DNA from: Pseudodesulfovibrio mercurii
GTDB taxonomy: Bacteria; Desulfobacterota; Desulfovibrionia; Desulfovibrionales; Desulfovibrionaceae
DNA length: 32,000 nucleotides
Direction: 5' to 3'
NCBI RefSeq assembly: GCF_000189295.2
Contig: NC_016803.1
Span: 1,860,001 to 1,892,000 of the forward strand
Under the pieces are notes generated by a model. That model was not told where the DNA came from, did no database searches, and saw only the letters and a list, made by a program, of their open reading frames with translations. Below, in pieces: positions 7,820 through 17,962 of this stretch (the first letter of the stretch is position 1; each line of letters opens with the position of its first letter). Position numbers and translations under genes: made by a program.

Positions 7820-7872
7820 GCGAATGAAAAAAGGGCCGGGAGGTTCACCCTCCCGGCCCTTTTTTCATTCGC
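7820..7872 (-). terminator. Bidirectional terminator downstream of leuS
   Basis: Perfect 24-bp stem GCGAATGAAAAAAGGGCCGGGAGG / CCTCCCGGCCCTTTTTTCATTCGC with a 5-nt loop. The GC-rich core is flanked by an A6 and a T6 run. It lies 12 nt after the leuS stop. Confidence 0.85.
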
Positions 7873-7884
7873 GTTTGGCGGCGG

Positions 7885-10386
7885 TTAGCCGACCACGATG
7901 TTGACCAGCTTGTTGGGGATGACGATGACCTTGCGGACCGTCTTGCCCTCCATGAACTTCTGGACGTTCTCCAGGTCCATGGCGAGCTTCTCCACCTCGG
8001 CCTGGGGGGCGTTGTTCGGGGCCTCGAATTTGCCGCGCACCTTGCCGTTGACCTGGACGACCAGGGTCACCTCGTCCAGGACCAGGGCCTTCTCGTCGAA
8101 GGTCGGCCAGGGCTGGGCGGTCAGGTGGACCGTGTGGCCGAGCGCGGCCCACAGCTCCTCGCAGATGTGCGGGGCCACCGGGGAGAGCAGGGTCACGGCC
8201 GTGGCGATGGCCGAGGACAGGGCCGCCGGGTCGGTCTCCTTGAGCTCGTCCTTGACCTGGTACAGCTCGTTGACCAGCTCCATGATGGCCGCGATGACCG
8301 TGTTGAACTGGAACTCGTTCTCGATGTCGCGGGTGGTCCTGCGGATGGTGTCGTGCTCCTTGAAGCGCAGCCCCTTGGCCGCGTCGTTCGCGGGCTTGTC
8401 GTGGGAGCCGGGCATCATGGGCGTGAGCACGTCCTCCAGCTCCTCCACCAGCCGCCACAGCCGGGACAGGAAGCGGTACGCGCCGTCGATGCCCTGGTCG
8501 GACCACTCCAGCTCCTTGACCGGCGGGGAGGCGAAGAGAATGAACAGCCTGGTGGCGTCCGCGCCGTACTGGTTGATCATGGCGTTGGGGTCGACCACGT
8601 TGCCCTTGGACTTGGACATCTTGCCGCCGTCCTTGAGGACCATGCCCTGGGTCAGCAGGTTGGCGAAGGGCTCGCTGTTGGTGACATAGCCGCAGTCGCG
8701 CAACGCCTTGGTGAAGAACCGGGAGTAGAGCAGGTGCAGGATGGCGTGCTCGATGCCGCCGATGTACTGGTCCACGTTCATCCAGTAGTTCAGGTGCTCG
8801 GCGCCCAGGGCTTCGGTCTCGTTGCGCGGGTCGCAGTAGCGCATGTAGTACCAGGAGGACTCGAAAAAGGTGTCGAAGGTGTCGGTCTCGCGCCGGGCGG
8901 GCTTGCCGCACTTGGGGCAGGTGCAGTTGACGAACTCCTCCATGGTCGGCAGGGGCGACTTGCCGTCCTTGCGCACCTGGGCGTTCTCGGGCAGCAGGAT
9001 CGGCAGGTCCTTCTCGGGCACCGGGACCACGCCGCAGTCGTCGCAATAGATGACCGGGATGGGCGCGCCCCAGAAGCGCTGGCGCGAGACGTTCCAGTCG
9101 CGCAGCCGGTAGTTGACGGCCATCTTGCCCTTGCCGGACTTGTCCAGGTGCTCGACGATGGCCTTCTTGGCGTCCTCGTTGGGCATGCCGTCGAACTCGC
9201 CCGAGTGGATCAGGAAGCCGGGCGCGGTGTACGCCTCGGTCAGGTTCGCGGCGTCGAGCTTTTCGCCCTTGGCCTGGAGTTCCGGCGGATTGATGACCGC
9301 CTGCATGGGCAGCTTGTACTTGGTGGCGAACTCGAAGTCGCGCTGGTCGTGGGCGGGCACGGCCATGACCGCGCCGGTGCCGTAGCCCATGAGCACGAAG
9401 TTGGCGACGTAGATGGGCAGGTCCCTGCCGGTCACCGGGTTGACGCAGTACTTGCCGGTGAAGACGCCCTCCTTCTCCAGGTCGTCGGCCCCGCGCTTAA
9501 TGCGGTCCATGTTCCGGATGTTGGTCACGAAGGCTTCGATCTCACCCTTGTTCGGGGCGTCGGCGATGAATTTCTCGACCATGGGATGCTCGGCGGCCAC
9601 GGACATGAAGGTCGCGCCGTACAGGGTGTCCGGCCGGGTGGTGAAGACGTCGATGGTCGCGTCCATGTCCTTGACCTGGAAGGTCAGCTCCGCGCCGTAG
9701 GACTTGCCGATCCAGTTGCGCTGCATGGTCAGCACGCGCTCGGGCCAGCCGCCCTCCAGGGAGTCGAGGTCGGCCAGCAGCTCGTCGGCGTAGTCGGTGA
9801 TGCGCAGGAACCACTGCTCCATGTCCTTCTGCTCCACCTCGGTGTCGCAGCGCCAGCACAGGCCGTCCTCGACCTGCTCGTTGGCCAGCACGGTGTTGCA
9901 GGTCGGGCACCAGTTCTGCGGGGAGTCCTTGCGGTAGGCCAGCCCCTTTTCCAGGAACCGGAGGAAAAACATCTGCTCCCACTTGTAGTACTCGGGGCGG
10001 CAGGTGGCGATCTCGCGCCGCCAGTCGTAGGAATAGCCCAGCCGCTTCAGCTGCGCACGCATCTCGGCGATGTTCTGGTAGGTCCAGGTGGCCGGATGGG
10101 TCTCGTGCTTGATGGCCGCGTTCTCGGCGGGCAGGCCGAAGGCGTCCCAGCCCATGGGGTGCAGAACGTTGAATCCCTGCATGGTCTTGAACCGCGCCAC
10201 CACGTCGCCGATGGAGTAGTTGCGCACGTGGCCCATGTGGATCTTGCCGGACGGATAGGGGAACATCTCCAGCACGTAGTACTTGGGTCTGGACGGGTCG
10301 GTCTCCACCTGGAAGCAGCCGGACTCCTTCCAGATGGCCTGCCATTTCTTCTCGATGTCCTCGGGAGAATATTTGCCTAATGCCAT
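7885..10386 (-). CDS. leuS: Leucine--tRNA ligase
   Basis: Start [19 protein letters not shown] at the ATG at 10386, with AGGAAAG upstream. HIGH-type motif HMGHVRNY and a KMSKS motif are present. 833 aa. The upstream part of track ORF 7885..11103 overlaps nusB and is not coding. Confidence 0.97.
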   Translation of the reverse strand: MALGKYSPEDIEKKWQAIWKESGCFQVETDPSRPKYYVLEMFPYPSGKIHMGHVRNYSIGDVVARFKTMQGFNVLHPMGWDAFGLPAENAAIKHETHPATWTYQNIAEMRAQLKRLGYSYDWRREIATCRPEYYKWEQMFFLRFLEKGLAYRKDSPQNWCPTCNTVLANEQVEDGLCWRCDTEVEQKDMEQWFLRITDYADELLADLDSLEGGWPERVLTMQRNWIGKSYGAELTFQVKDMDATIDVFTTRPDTLYGATFMSVAAEHPMVEKFIADAPNKGEIEAFVTNIRNMDRIKRGADDLEKEGVFTGKYCVNPVTGRDLPIYVANFVLMGYGTGAVMAVPAHDQRDFEFATKYKLPMQAVINPPELQAKGEKLDAANLTEAYTAPGFLIHSGEFDGMPNEDAKKAIVEHLDKSGKGKMAVNYRLRDWNVSRQRFWGAPIPVIYCDDCGVVPVPEKDLPILLPENAQVRKDGKSPLPTMEEFVNCTCPKCGKPARRETDTFDTFFESSWYYMRYCDPRNETEALGAEHLNYWMNVDQYIGGIEHAILHLLYSRFFTKALRDCGYVTNSEPFANLLTQGMVLKDGGKMSKSKGNVVDPNAMINQYGADATRLFILFASPPVKELEWSDQGIDGAYRFLSRLWRLVEELEDVLTPMMPGSHDKPANDAAKGLRFKEHDTIRRTTRDIENEFQFNTVIAAIMELVNELYQVKDELKETDPAALSSAIATAVTLLSPVAPHICEELWAALGHTVHLTAQPWPTFDEKALVLDEVTLVVQVNGKVRGKFEAPNNAPQAEVEKLAMDLENVQKFMEGKTVRKVIVIPNKLVNIVVG

Positions 10387-10463
10387 GGTGATCTTTCCTA
10401 CTTGGATCGTTTCGTCCCCGGAGGCGGGCCGGATGGCCGGGCCGCGCCGGGTTGTGGGGGCGG

Positions 10464-10913
10464 TCAGTTGCGGTTCCGGGTCTTGGCCACGCCGTCCAGA
10501 ATGCCGTTGACGAAGGAGCGGGACTTGTCGTCGCCGAAGGTCTTGGACAGCTCGATGGCCTCGTTGATGGCCGCCTTGACCGGGATGTCGGTGAAGAGCA
10601 TCTCGTACAGGGAGAGGCGCAGGATGGACAGCTCCACCATGGCGATGCGCTCGATCTTCCAGTGCTGGGAGTGTTCCTCGATGGTCCTGTCGATGTCGTG
10701 CAGGTTCACGCTCACGCCCCGGACCAGGTCGCGGGCGAAGGCCCGCGCTGTCTCGGACTCCTGCTCGACGACCATGGGGTTGAGGTCGAACAGGGTGTCC
10801 ATGTCCAGGGGGTTTTCCTTGTCTAGGAAATGCGTGGAGTAGAGCACCTGAAAGGCCAGGGTGCGCCCCACCCTGCGTATGCCGGGCCGATTGCCCTTTG
10901 ATTTCGATGTCAT
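10464..10913 (-). CDS. nusB: Transcription antitermination factor NusB
   Basis: 149 aa, [14 protein letters not shown]...[28 protein letters not shown]. It lies immediately downstream of ribH, as in many bacteria. Confidence 0.93.
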   Translation of the reverse strand: MTSKSKGNRPGIRRVGRTLAFQVLYSTHFLDKENPLDMDTLFDLNPMVVEQESETARAFARDLVRGVSVNLHDIDRTIEEHSQHWKIERIAMVELSILRLSLYEMLFTDIPVKAAINEAIELSKTFGDDKSRSFVNGILDGVAKTRNRN

Positions 10914-10916
10914 GGG

Positions 10917-11384
10917 CTAGAGCTGCTCCAACACCCGGATGGTCTCGAGCACGGCGGACGCGGCCTCCACGCCCTTGTTGCCGCCCTTGGAACCGGCCCG
11001 TTCGATGGCCTGGTCCAGGGAGTCGCAGGTCAGCAGGCCGAAGCCCATGGGCACGCCGGACTCCATGGTGGCATGGGCCACGCCCTTGGCGCACTCGCTG
11101 CACACGTAGTCGAAGTGCGGGGTGGCGCCCCGGATGACCGCGCCGAGCACGACGATGCCGTCGTACTTGCCGGACCGGGCCAGCTTCTGCGCACCGATGG
11201 GCAGTTCGAAGGCGCCGGGCAGGCGGACCAGGGTCAGGTCGTCCTCGGCCGCGCCGTGGCGGACCAGGTAGTCCACGGCCCCGGAGATGAGGCGGTCAAC
11301 GATGAAGTCGTTGAACCGGGCGGCCACGATGGCGATCTTGAGTCCCTTGGCGTCCAGCAGTCCTTCGATGGTCTTCACGGACAT
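10917..11384 (-). CDS. ribH: 6,7-dimethyl-8-ribityllumazine synthase
   Basis: 155 aa, [22 protein letters not shown]...[27 protein letters not shown] upstream. Confidence 0.95.
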   Translation of the reverse strand: MSVKTIEGLLDAKGLKIAIVAARFNDFIVDRLISGAVDYLVRHGAAEDDLTLVRLPGAFELPIGAQKLARSGKYDGIVVLGAVIRGATPHFDYVCSECAKGVAHATMESGVPMGFGLLTCDSLDQAIERAGSKGGNKGVEAASAVLETIRVLEQL

Positions 11385-11460
11385 GTTCTGTTCTCCCTAC
11401 TGTATGAAATATATAGCGGTGTAATATGTTATCGCTTCCCCAAAAGTCAACTTGGGGCGT

Positions 11461-12672
<1,212 letters not shown>

Positions 12673-12911
12673 GCTGTTACCTCGATGATGATTTACCCTG
12701 ATGGGCGCGGAAAATACGCGCCCGGCGCCATCCGGCGGGGAACCAATGTACTTAGCGTAAATGGCTGCGCGGGGAAAGGGGAAAATTCCCCAGATAAAGC
12801 GTATGTATATCAGATGGTTGTAGAATCGATGAAACGGAAGGTCCGCGTCCGGCTCCGGCCGTCCCCCCCGCCGCGGGCGATCTGCCGCGCGGGACGCCGT
12901 CACCCGTCCGG

Positions 12912-13685
12912 TCAGACCAGGGTCAGCTGGCGCTCGTGCTCGACCGCGTGCACGGCCACCTGGTTGCGGCCGTTCAGCTTGGCCCGGTGCATGGCCCGGT
13001 CCGCCGCCGCGACCAACGCGTCGCGCAGGGTCCCCCGGCCCGGACGGACCGAGGCCAGGTCGGCCACGCCGCAGGAGATGGTCACCTTGACCTCCGGGCC
13101 CTCCAGGCTGATGTCGTTGACCTCCACGACCATGCGCAGCTTTTCGGCGGCCCGGGCGGCCTGGCCCGCGCAGGTCTCGGGCAGGATGATCATGAACTCC
13201 TCGCCGCCGTAGCGCGCGGCCACATCCGAGGCGCGGATGTTGGCGGCCAGGAGCCGGGCCACCTCGGCCAGGGTCTGGTCGCCCAGGGGATGGCCGAAGG
13301 CGTCGTTGACCCCCTTGAACCGGTCCAGGTCGACCATGACCAGGGAGAGCCTGTTGCCGTACCGCCCGGCGCGGCTGATCTCCTGGTCCAACCGGTCGAA
13401 GAACCAGTTCCGGTTGGGCAGGCCGGTCAGGTCGTCGTGGGTGGTCAGGGCGGCGATCTTGTCGTTGGCCCCCTCCAGCAGACGCATGAACCGCGAGGCG
13501 CAGAACAGGGCGATGGCCAGGACCAGAATCGAGCCGGTCAGCAGGGCGGCCACGGCCCAGGAACGGGCCGGAAGCAGGGAGACCGGGAGCAGGGCAAGGA
13601 CGACGACGGCCACGGACAGGCCGCACTGGAGCAGGAAAATCCGCCACGCCTGGCTGCGCAGAAGGCTCTTGCTGGTCTGGGTCAT
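12912..13685 (-). CDS. Diguanylate cyclase (2 TM helices + GGDEF domain)
   Basis: GGEEF active site (RYGGEEFMIIL), DDLTGLPNRNWF, MVDLDRFKGVNDAFGH. I prefer the start at 13685 (AAGGAAG upstream). The alternative is the ATG at 13724. Confidence 0.88.
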   Translation of the reverse strand: MTQTSKSLLRSQAWRIFLLQCGLSVAVVVLALLPVSLLPARSWAVAALLTGSILVLAIALFCASRFMRLLEGANDKIAALTTHDDLTGLPNRNWFFDRLDQEISRAGRYGNRLSLVMVDLDRFKGVNDAFGHPLGDQTLAEVARLLAANIRASDVAARYGGEEFMIILPETCAGQAARAAEKLRMVVEVNDISLEGPEVKVTISCGVADLASVRPGRGTLRDALVAAADRAMHRAKLNGRNQVAVHAVEHERQLTLV

Positions 13686-13842
13686 GCGGGGCTTCCTTTG
13701 TTCGCTGATATAGGGTGACCGCATTCTACGCGGATCGCGAAAAAAGAAAAGAGGGCGCGCCCCGCCGTGGCCCGGCCGGGAGGTCCGAAGTCATGACGGC
13801 CGCCCGCCGGGACGGCCGTCGCAACAGGCCCGGCGGTCCGGG

Positions 13843-14571
13843 TCAGGCCAGGGCCAGGCCCGGCGCGGACCGGAGCACGGGCCGGGCCGGAAACGCGCGC
13901 CCGGACACGAGCCCGTCCAGCAGGGCCTCCTGGCGCGAGGACAGGGCCGCGCGGTCCAGGCTGCGTCCGGCGTCGAAGATGCCGACCACCTCCTCGATGA
14001 CCGTCACGCTGCGCGCCCGGCGGCGCCACTCGGCCATGTTCCGCAGGCAGGAGTCCGGAGCGGAACCGTGCCGCCAGCCGCCGCAGCGGTCCACCACCAG
14101 GCTGCGCGACAGGCACAGGCAGAGCAGGTCCAGGTTGCCCGGCCGGACCAGGGGCCCGTCGTCGAAGGCGGGCAGCCAGGGCTGGTCCAGGGCGAGCTGG
14201 GCGTCGATGCGCCCGATGACCATCTCGGCGTCCCGGTGCCGGAGGTACCGGCTCAGGCTGCACGGCTTGAGTTCGTTGTCATCGTCCAGGAAGATGACCT
14301 TCTCGCCGCCCGAGAACTTGAGCAGGGTGTCGCGCACCCCGCAGCCCCGGTTGCGGTCGCCCGGCAGGCTGAAGGTCCGCACCGGGTAGGCGCAGTCCGG
14401 GGCCGCGCCCCGGACCCCGTCGAAGCCGAGGAGGATTTCCAGTTGGTTGCATGCCAGCCCGGCGAACCGGGCCGCCCGCTCCACGGACGCCACCGCGTTG
14501 CGCAGGGCGTTGGGCCGGTTCCCGGCCGTGGGCGTTATGATAGAAAACAGCATATCGCCGTCCATGGCCAT
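13843..14571 (-). CDS. Glycosyltransferase family 2-like protein
   Basis: The N-terminus FSIITPTAGNRPNALRNAVASV and an acidic FLDDDNE motif are typical of GT-A/GT2 proteins. A strong GGGAGGGAGA RBS precedes the ATG at 14571. The assignment rests on motifs only. Confidence 0.65.
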   Translation of the reverse strand: MAMDGDMLFSIITPTAGNRPNALRNAVASVERAARFAGLACNQLEILLGFDGVRGAAPDCAYPVRTFSLPGDRNRGCGVRDTLLKFSGGEKVIFLDDDNELKPCSLSRYLRHRDAEMVIGRIDAQLALDQPWLPAFDDGPLVRPGNLDLLCLCLSRSLVVDRCGGWRHGSAPDSCLRNMAEWRRRARSVTVIEEVVGIFDAGRSLDRAALSSRQEALLDGLVSGRAFPARPVLRSAPGLALA

Positions 14572-14894
14572 AGCGTTGTCTCCCTCCCGCGTCCATGCGG
14601 GGGTTGGCGGGGCGATGCCGCCCCTCGTGATGCGTTTCGCGAAGCCCGGAAAGGTCCCGGTGCTCCCTTCTCCGTATCGGAGGACGGCCCGTTTTGTTTA
14701 GGGTCGACCGGGCATTTATTTGCCGTTGCCGACGACGCGCGGTCTGGGGATCGATCAGAATTTCAGCCCGATACGCAGCTTCCATGGCGGACGGGGCCAA
14801 CCGGCCCCGCACCTCCGGGCCCCGCCGCCGGGCGGCTGGACCTTTGCCGCGAATCCCTTTATCGTTCGGCATCATCGAACCCCTGGAGAAACCA

Positions 14895-15389
14895 ATGTCC
14901 CTGCTTCGATACATGGCGCTCTTCCTGCTGCTGGCCCTGGCCGGCTGCGGCTATTCCTTCGGCGAGGGCGGCACCTCGGTGCTCGCCCCGCAGTACCGCA
15001 CCGTGGCCGTGGACGAGATCCACAACCCGACCACCCTGGCCTGGCTCGAGCCGCGCCTGCGAAAACTCCTGCGCGACGAGCTGCACAATCGCGGGACCAT
15101 CACCTGGGTGGACGACAAGGACAAGGCCGACGCCCTGATCACCATCGACGTCGAACGCTACTACCGGCCCACCGCCGTGGAGGATGCCGACGAGCGTACC
15201 CTGCTGACCGAGGCCGTCTTCCGCTTCAACGCGACCATCCGGTCCGCCACGGACGACTCGGAGCTCTGGAACTCGGGCAGCATCACCGAGCACTGGCCCT
15301 ACGACTACGGCAGCGGCCAGGAGGCGGACATGGAGGTCACCCGGCGCGGCATCCAGGTCCTGGCGGACCGCATGACCCAGGACTACTAG
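14895..15389 (+). CDS. lptE: LPS-assembly lipoprotein LptE-like
   Basis: Internal ATG at 14895 after GGAGAA. Lipobox LLALAGCG. Small size, and it sits directly upstream of holA, matching the lptE-holA order known from E. coli. Confidence 0.7.
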   Translation: MSLLRYMALFLLLALAGCGYSFGEGGTSVLAPQYRTVAVDEIHNPTTLAWLEPRLRKLLRDELHNRGTITWVDDKDKADALITIDVERYYRPTAVEDADERTLLTEAVFRFNATIRSATDDSELWNSGSITEHWPYDYGSGQEADMEVTRRGIQVLADRMTQDY

Positions 15390-15402
15390 ACACGGAAGGA
15401 CC

Positions 15403-16398
15403 ATGGCCAACCGCCCCCGATACCTCTTTCTCATCTGCCCCGACCCCCAGCTGATCAAGGGGCAGATCGACGAGCGCCTTAAACAGTCCGGCCAGGACGG
15501 CTGGGCGCTCAAGCCCTTCTGGGGGGACGACGACGAGCCCCTGCCCCCGACCTTCTGGACCGACCTGACCATCAAGTCCCTCTTCCCCCAACCCAAGGCC
15601 CTCATCGTGCGCCGCGCCCACGCCCTCAAGGCGGACCAGTGGGACAAGCTCGACGCCTCGGTACGGGGGGTGGGCGACGACGTCTACCCGATCTTCTGCC
15701 TCGAAGGGGAATGGAAGGCCAAGAAAGCCCCCATCCCGCCCGCCCTGTCCCGGCGCAATCTCTACAAGAAGGCGCGCGACGCGGGCTGGGTCTGGGAATC
15801 CGCCGGGCTGGACCAGCGCTCCCTGACCGACTTCGTCAAGGCCTGGGCCGCCAAGGCCGGGCTGACCTTCGAGCCGGGCGCGGGCCAGGCCCTGACCATG
15901 GCCCTGCCCACGGACGCCGTGGCCGCCCGCCTGGAGCTGGACAAGATGGAGCTGGCCGCCGGAGACGACCGGATCGTGCGCAAGGAGCACGTCTCCCTGG
16001 TCGCCCCCACGGGCGAGATGCCCTTCTTCGACCTCATGGACGCGCTGGGCAGACCCGGCGCCGAGGCCTCGGTCTGGAAGCGGGTCCTCGACGACCACGA
16101 CAAATCCGCCAAGGACCAGATGCTCTTCAACCTGATCGGCTTCCTGGCCAGCCAGGCGCGCATGTATTGGCTCCTGGCCCACGGCGGCAAGGCCGCGGGC
16201 AGCCCGTTCATGCTCCAGAAAAAGGCCCCGGTGGCCAAGCGCCTCGGCGCGCGCGGCATCGCCCGCATGATCGACCTGGCCATGGAGGCCGAACTCTCCC
16301 TCAAGACCGGCGAACGCAAGTACGAGGAGGCCCTGGACATGCTCATGGCCGGGCTGATCGACCTGTTCCAGCCCAAGACCCAGGCCCGCCGGTACTGA
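15403..16398 (+). CDS. holA: DNA polymerase III subunit delta
   Basis: 331 aa. The N-terminus YLFLICPDPQLIKGQIDERL fits the delta-subunit pattern, and the synteny with lptE supports it. GGAAGGA RBS. Confidence 0.75.
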   Translation: MANRPRYLFLICPDPQLIKGQIDERLKQSGQDGWALKPFWGDDDEPLPPTFWTDLTIKSLFPQPKALIVRRAHALKADQWDKLDASVRGVGDDVYPIFCLEGEWKAKKAPIPPALSRRNLYKKARDAGWVWESAGLDQRSLTDFVKAWAAKAGLTFEPGAGQALTMALPTDAVAARLELDKMELAAGDDRIVRKEHVSLVAPTGEMPFFDLMDALGRPGAEASVWKRVLDDHDKSAKDQMLFNLIGFLASQARMYWLLAHGGKAAGSPFMLQKKAPVAKRLGARGIARMIDLAMEAELSLKTGERKYEEALDMLMAGLIDLFQPKTQARRY

Positions 16399-16400
16399 CC

Positions 16401-17090
16401 ATGCCCGATGCGCCCAAGACCGCCCCGCACTATACCGGCCACCGCCAGCGCCTCAAGGCCCGGCTCAAGGACAACCCGCGCTCCCTGGCCGACTACGAAA
16501 TCCTCGAACTGCTCCTGGCCCTGACCCTGCCCCGCCGCGACACCAAGCCCCCGGCCAAGGCCCTCATCGAACGCTTCGGCTCCCTCAAGGAGGCGGTCCT
16601 GGCCCGGCCCGATCAGCTCGACGGCATCACGGGCCTCGGCCCTGCCGTCCAGTCCCAATGGGCGCTCCTCCAGGAACTCCACGCCCGCCTGGGCGAGGCC
16701 GAAGCCCGGCGCGGCCAGACCGTCAGCGGCCCCGACAGCCTGGCCAGGGCGGCCATGGCCCGGCTCGGACACAAGGACACCGAGGAGTTCTGGGCCGTGT
16801 TCCTGGACACCAAGAACCGCGTCATGGCCTGGGAACAGATGAGCAAGGGCACCACCAATGCCACGGCCATCTTCCCGCGCGAGATCGCGGCCGCCGCCCT
16901 CAAGCTCGAAGCCACCAACGTCATCCTCGTCCACAACCACCCCGGCGGCGGCAGCGACCCGTCCGGCGCGGACATCCTGCTGACCGACAAGGTCGTCGAG
17001 GCCTGCGCCAGCCTGGACATCGCCGTGCGCGACCACATCATCGTCACCGACCACGACTACTACAGCTTCAACGAGTTCGGGAGGCTCTAG
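16401..17090 (+). CDS. radC: RadC-family JAB-domain protein
   Basis: The ATG at 16401 lies 2 nt after the holA stop. N-terminus HYTGHRQRLKARL...YEILELLLAL and JAMM-like motif VHNHPGGGSDPSGADILLT. Confidence 0.9.
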   Translation: MPDAPKTAPHYTGHRQRLKARLKDNPRSLADYEILELLLALTLPRRDTKPPAKALIERFGSLKEAVLARPDQLDGITGLGPAVQSQWALLQELHARLGEAEARRGQTVSGPDSLARAAMARLGHKDTEEFWAVFLDTKNRVMAWEQMSKGTTNATAIFPREIAAAALKLEATNVILVHNHPGGGSDPSGADILLTDKVVEACASLDIAVRDHIIVTDHDYYSFNEFGRL

Positions 17091-17363
17091 ATGCGCGAGC
17101 TGTCCGCCGTGATCCGGGGAAAGGTCCAGGGCGTCTGGTTCCGGGGCTGGACACGCGAAACCGCCCGCGACCTCGGCGTCACCGGCTGGGTCCGCAACCT
17201 GCCCGACGGGGCCGTCCAGGTCCTGGCCCACGGCACCGACCAACAACTCGACCAACTCGAAGACCGTCTCTGGCAAGGCCCCCCGCTCGCCCGCGTCACC
17301 ACCATCGAATCCCGCCGCACCACCACCGACACCCCTCTCACAGACTTCAGCGTGCGCCGCTGA
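17091..17363 (+). CDS. acyP: Acylphosphatase
   Basis: 90 aa, VIRGKVQGVWFRGWTRETARDLGVTGWVRNLPDGAVQV. It starts immediately after the radC stop. Confidence 0.92.
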   Translation: MRELSAVIRGKVQGVWFRGWTRETARDLGVTGWVRNLPDGAVQVLAHGTDQQLDQLEDRLWQGPPLARVTTIESRRTTTDTPLTDFSVRR

Positions 17364-17371
17364 CGCGCGGC

Positions 17372-17827
17372 GGATGCCTCCGGCGGCCGGGGGAAGGGGA
17401 AGAGGGGACCCTTTGGAAAGGGTCCCCTCTTCCCCTTCCCCCGGACCCCCATCCCCTTCTCCCCCCTAAACTTTTTATCGCCGCTTCGCGGGGTCATAAC
17501 GCGGAAGCCCCCCTCCTCTCCCCACCGTCCCGACACGCCGCCCTGATGAATCTCCTTGTCCGCCATCCTCCCCGGCGGCGTAGGCAAACGTCCCGAAGGG
17601 TTCGCGCCGGGCGGCCCTCCGGGGCCCGTGGACGCCAGGCGCGAACCCTTCGGGACACCGCCTCCCCGCGCCCCGCCAATCCCCCCGCATAGCCCGCCCC
17701 CTCCCCGCGTCCAGCCCCGAACGTAGCGAGGCGACGGGATTCTCAAGGCCCTCGGCCTTGAGCGGGTGCAGGGCGGCGCCCTGCCCGCCGGAGGCGCCCG
17801 CCCGGCGAGGGCCCGCCGGAGGCATCC
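17372..17827 (+). mobile_element. MITE-like 456-bp noncoding element bounded by 15-bp perfect inverted repeats; carries an A-module hairpin
   Basis: GGATGCCTCCGGCGG (17372-17386) is the exact reverse complement of CCGCCGGAGGCATCC (17813-17827), and the match extends to about 22/24 nt. Inside are the A-module hairpin at 17387-17444, a 19-bp perfect stem joining 17590-17608 with 17638-17656, and a 9-bp hairpin at 17742-17762. No ORF is present. Confidence 0.45.
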
Positions 17828-17962
17828 CCCCGCGGGGAGCCCCTTGGGACGCCCACCAGGGCGAAAGGGGTGGATTTACCATAATAATGGACTTGCCAAC
17901 CGGATTTGGCGACATATGTAGGGTAGCACCATCTGTTTGCACACAAATCAGAGGATACGCAC

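Noticed and set aside
8125-10380. Long + strand ORF (751 aa), and similar long ORFs at 11452..13212, 15762..17276, 17948..19522, 18712..21153, 23542..24664, 25400..26614 and 3216..4664
   Set aside because: All overlap well-supported genes (leuS, ribBA, holA/radC, lon, hemC, cobT, the deaminase and ribD) in other frames or on the other strand. Their composition is the Arg/Gly/Pro/Ala-rich pattern of off-frame high-GC DNA.
12673-12911. Possible FMN riboswitch in the ribBA leader (GGGGAATTTTCCCC and CCGCCGGATGG resemble RFN fragments)
   Set aside because: The conserved RFN core segments (ACCGGCGGT, GCCGACAGT, AGTCYGGATG in the correct order) are missing. Only a palindrome and a GGGCGCG..CGCGCCC hairpin are present. 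A covariance-model search is needed to be certain.
17892-17919. Sigma32-like promoter for lon (CTTGCCA-N13-ACATATGT)
   Set aside because: It is only a partial match to CTTGAAA-N13/14-CCCCATNT, so I could not support it beyond chance.
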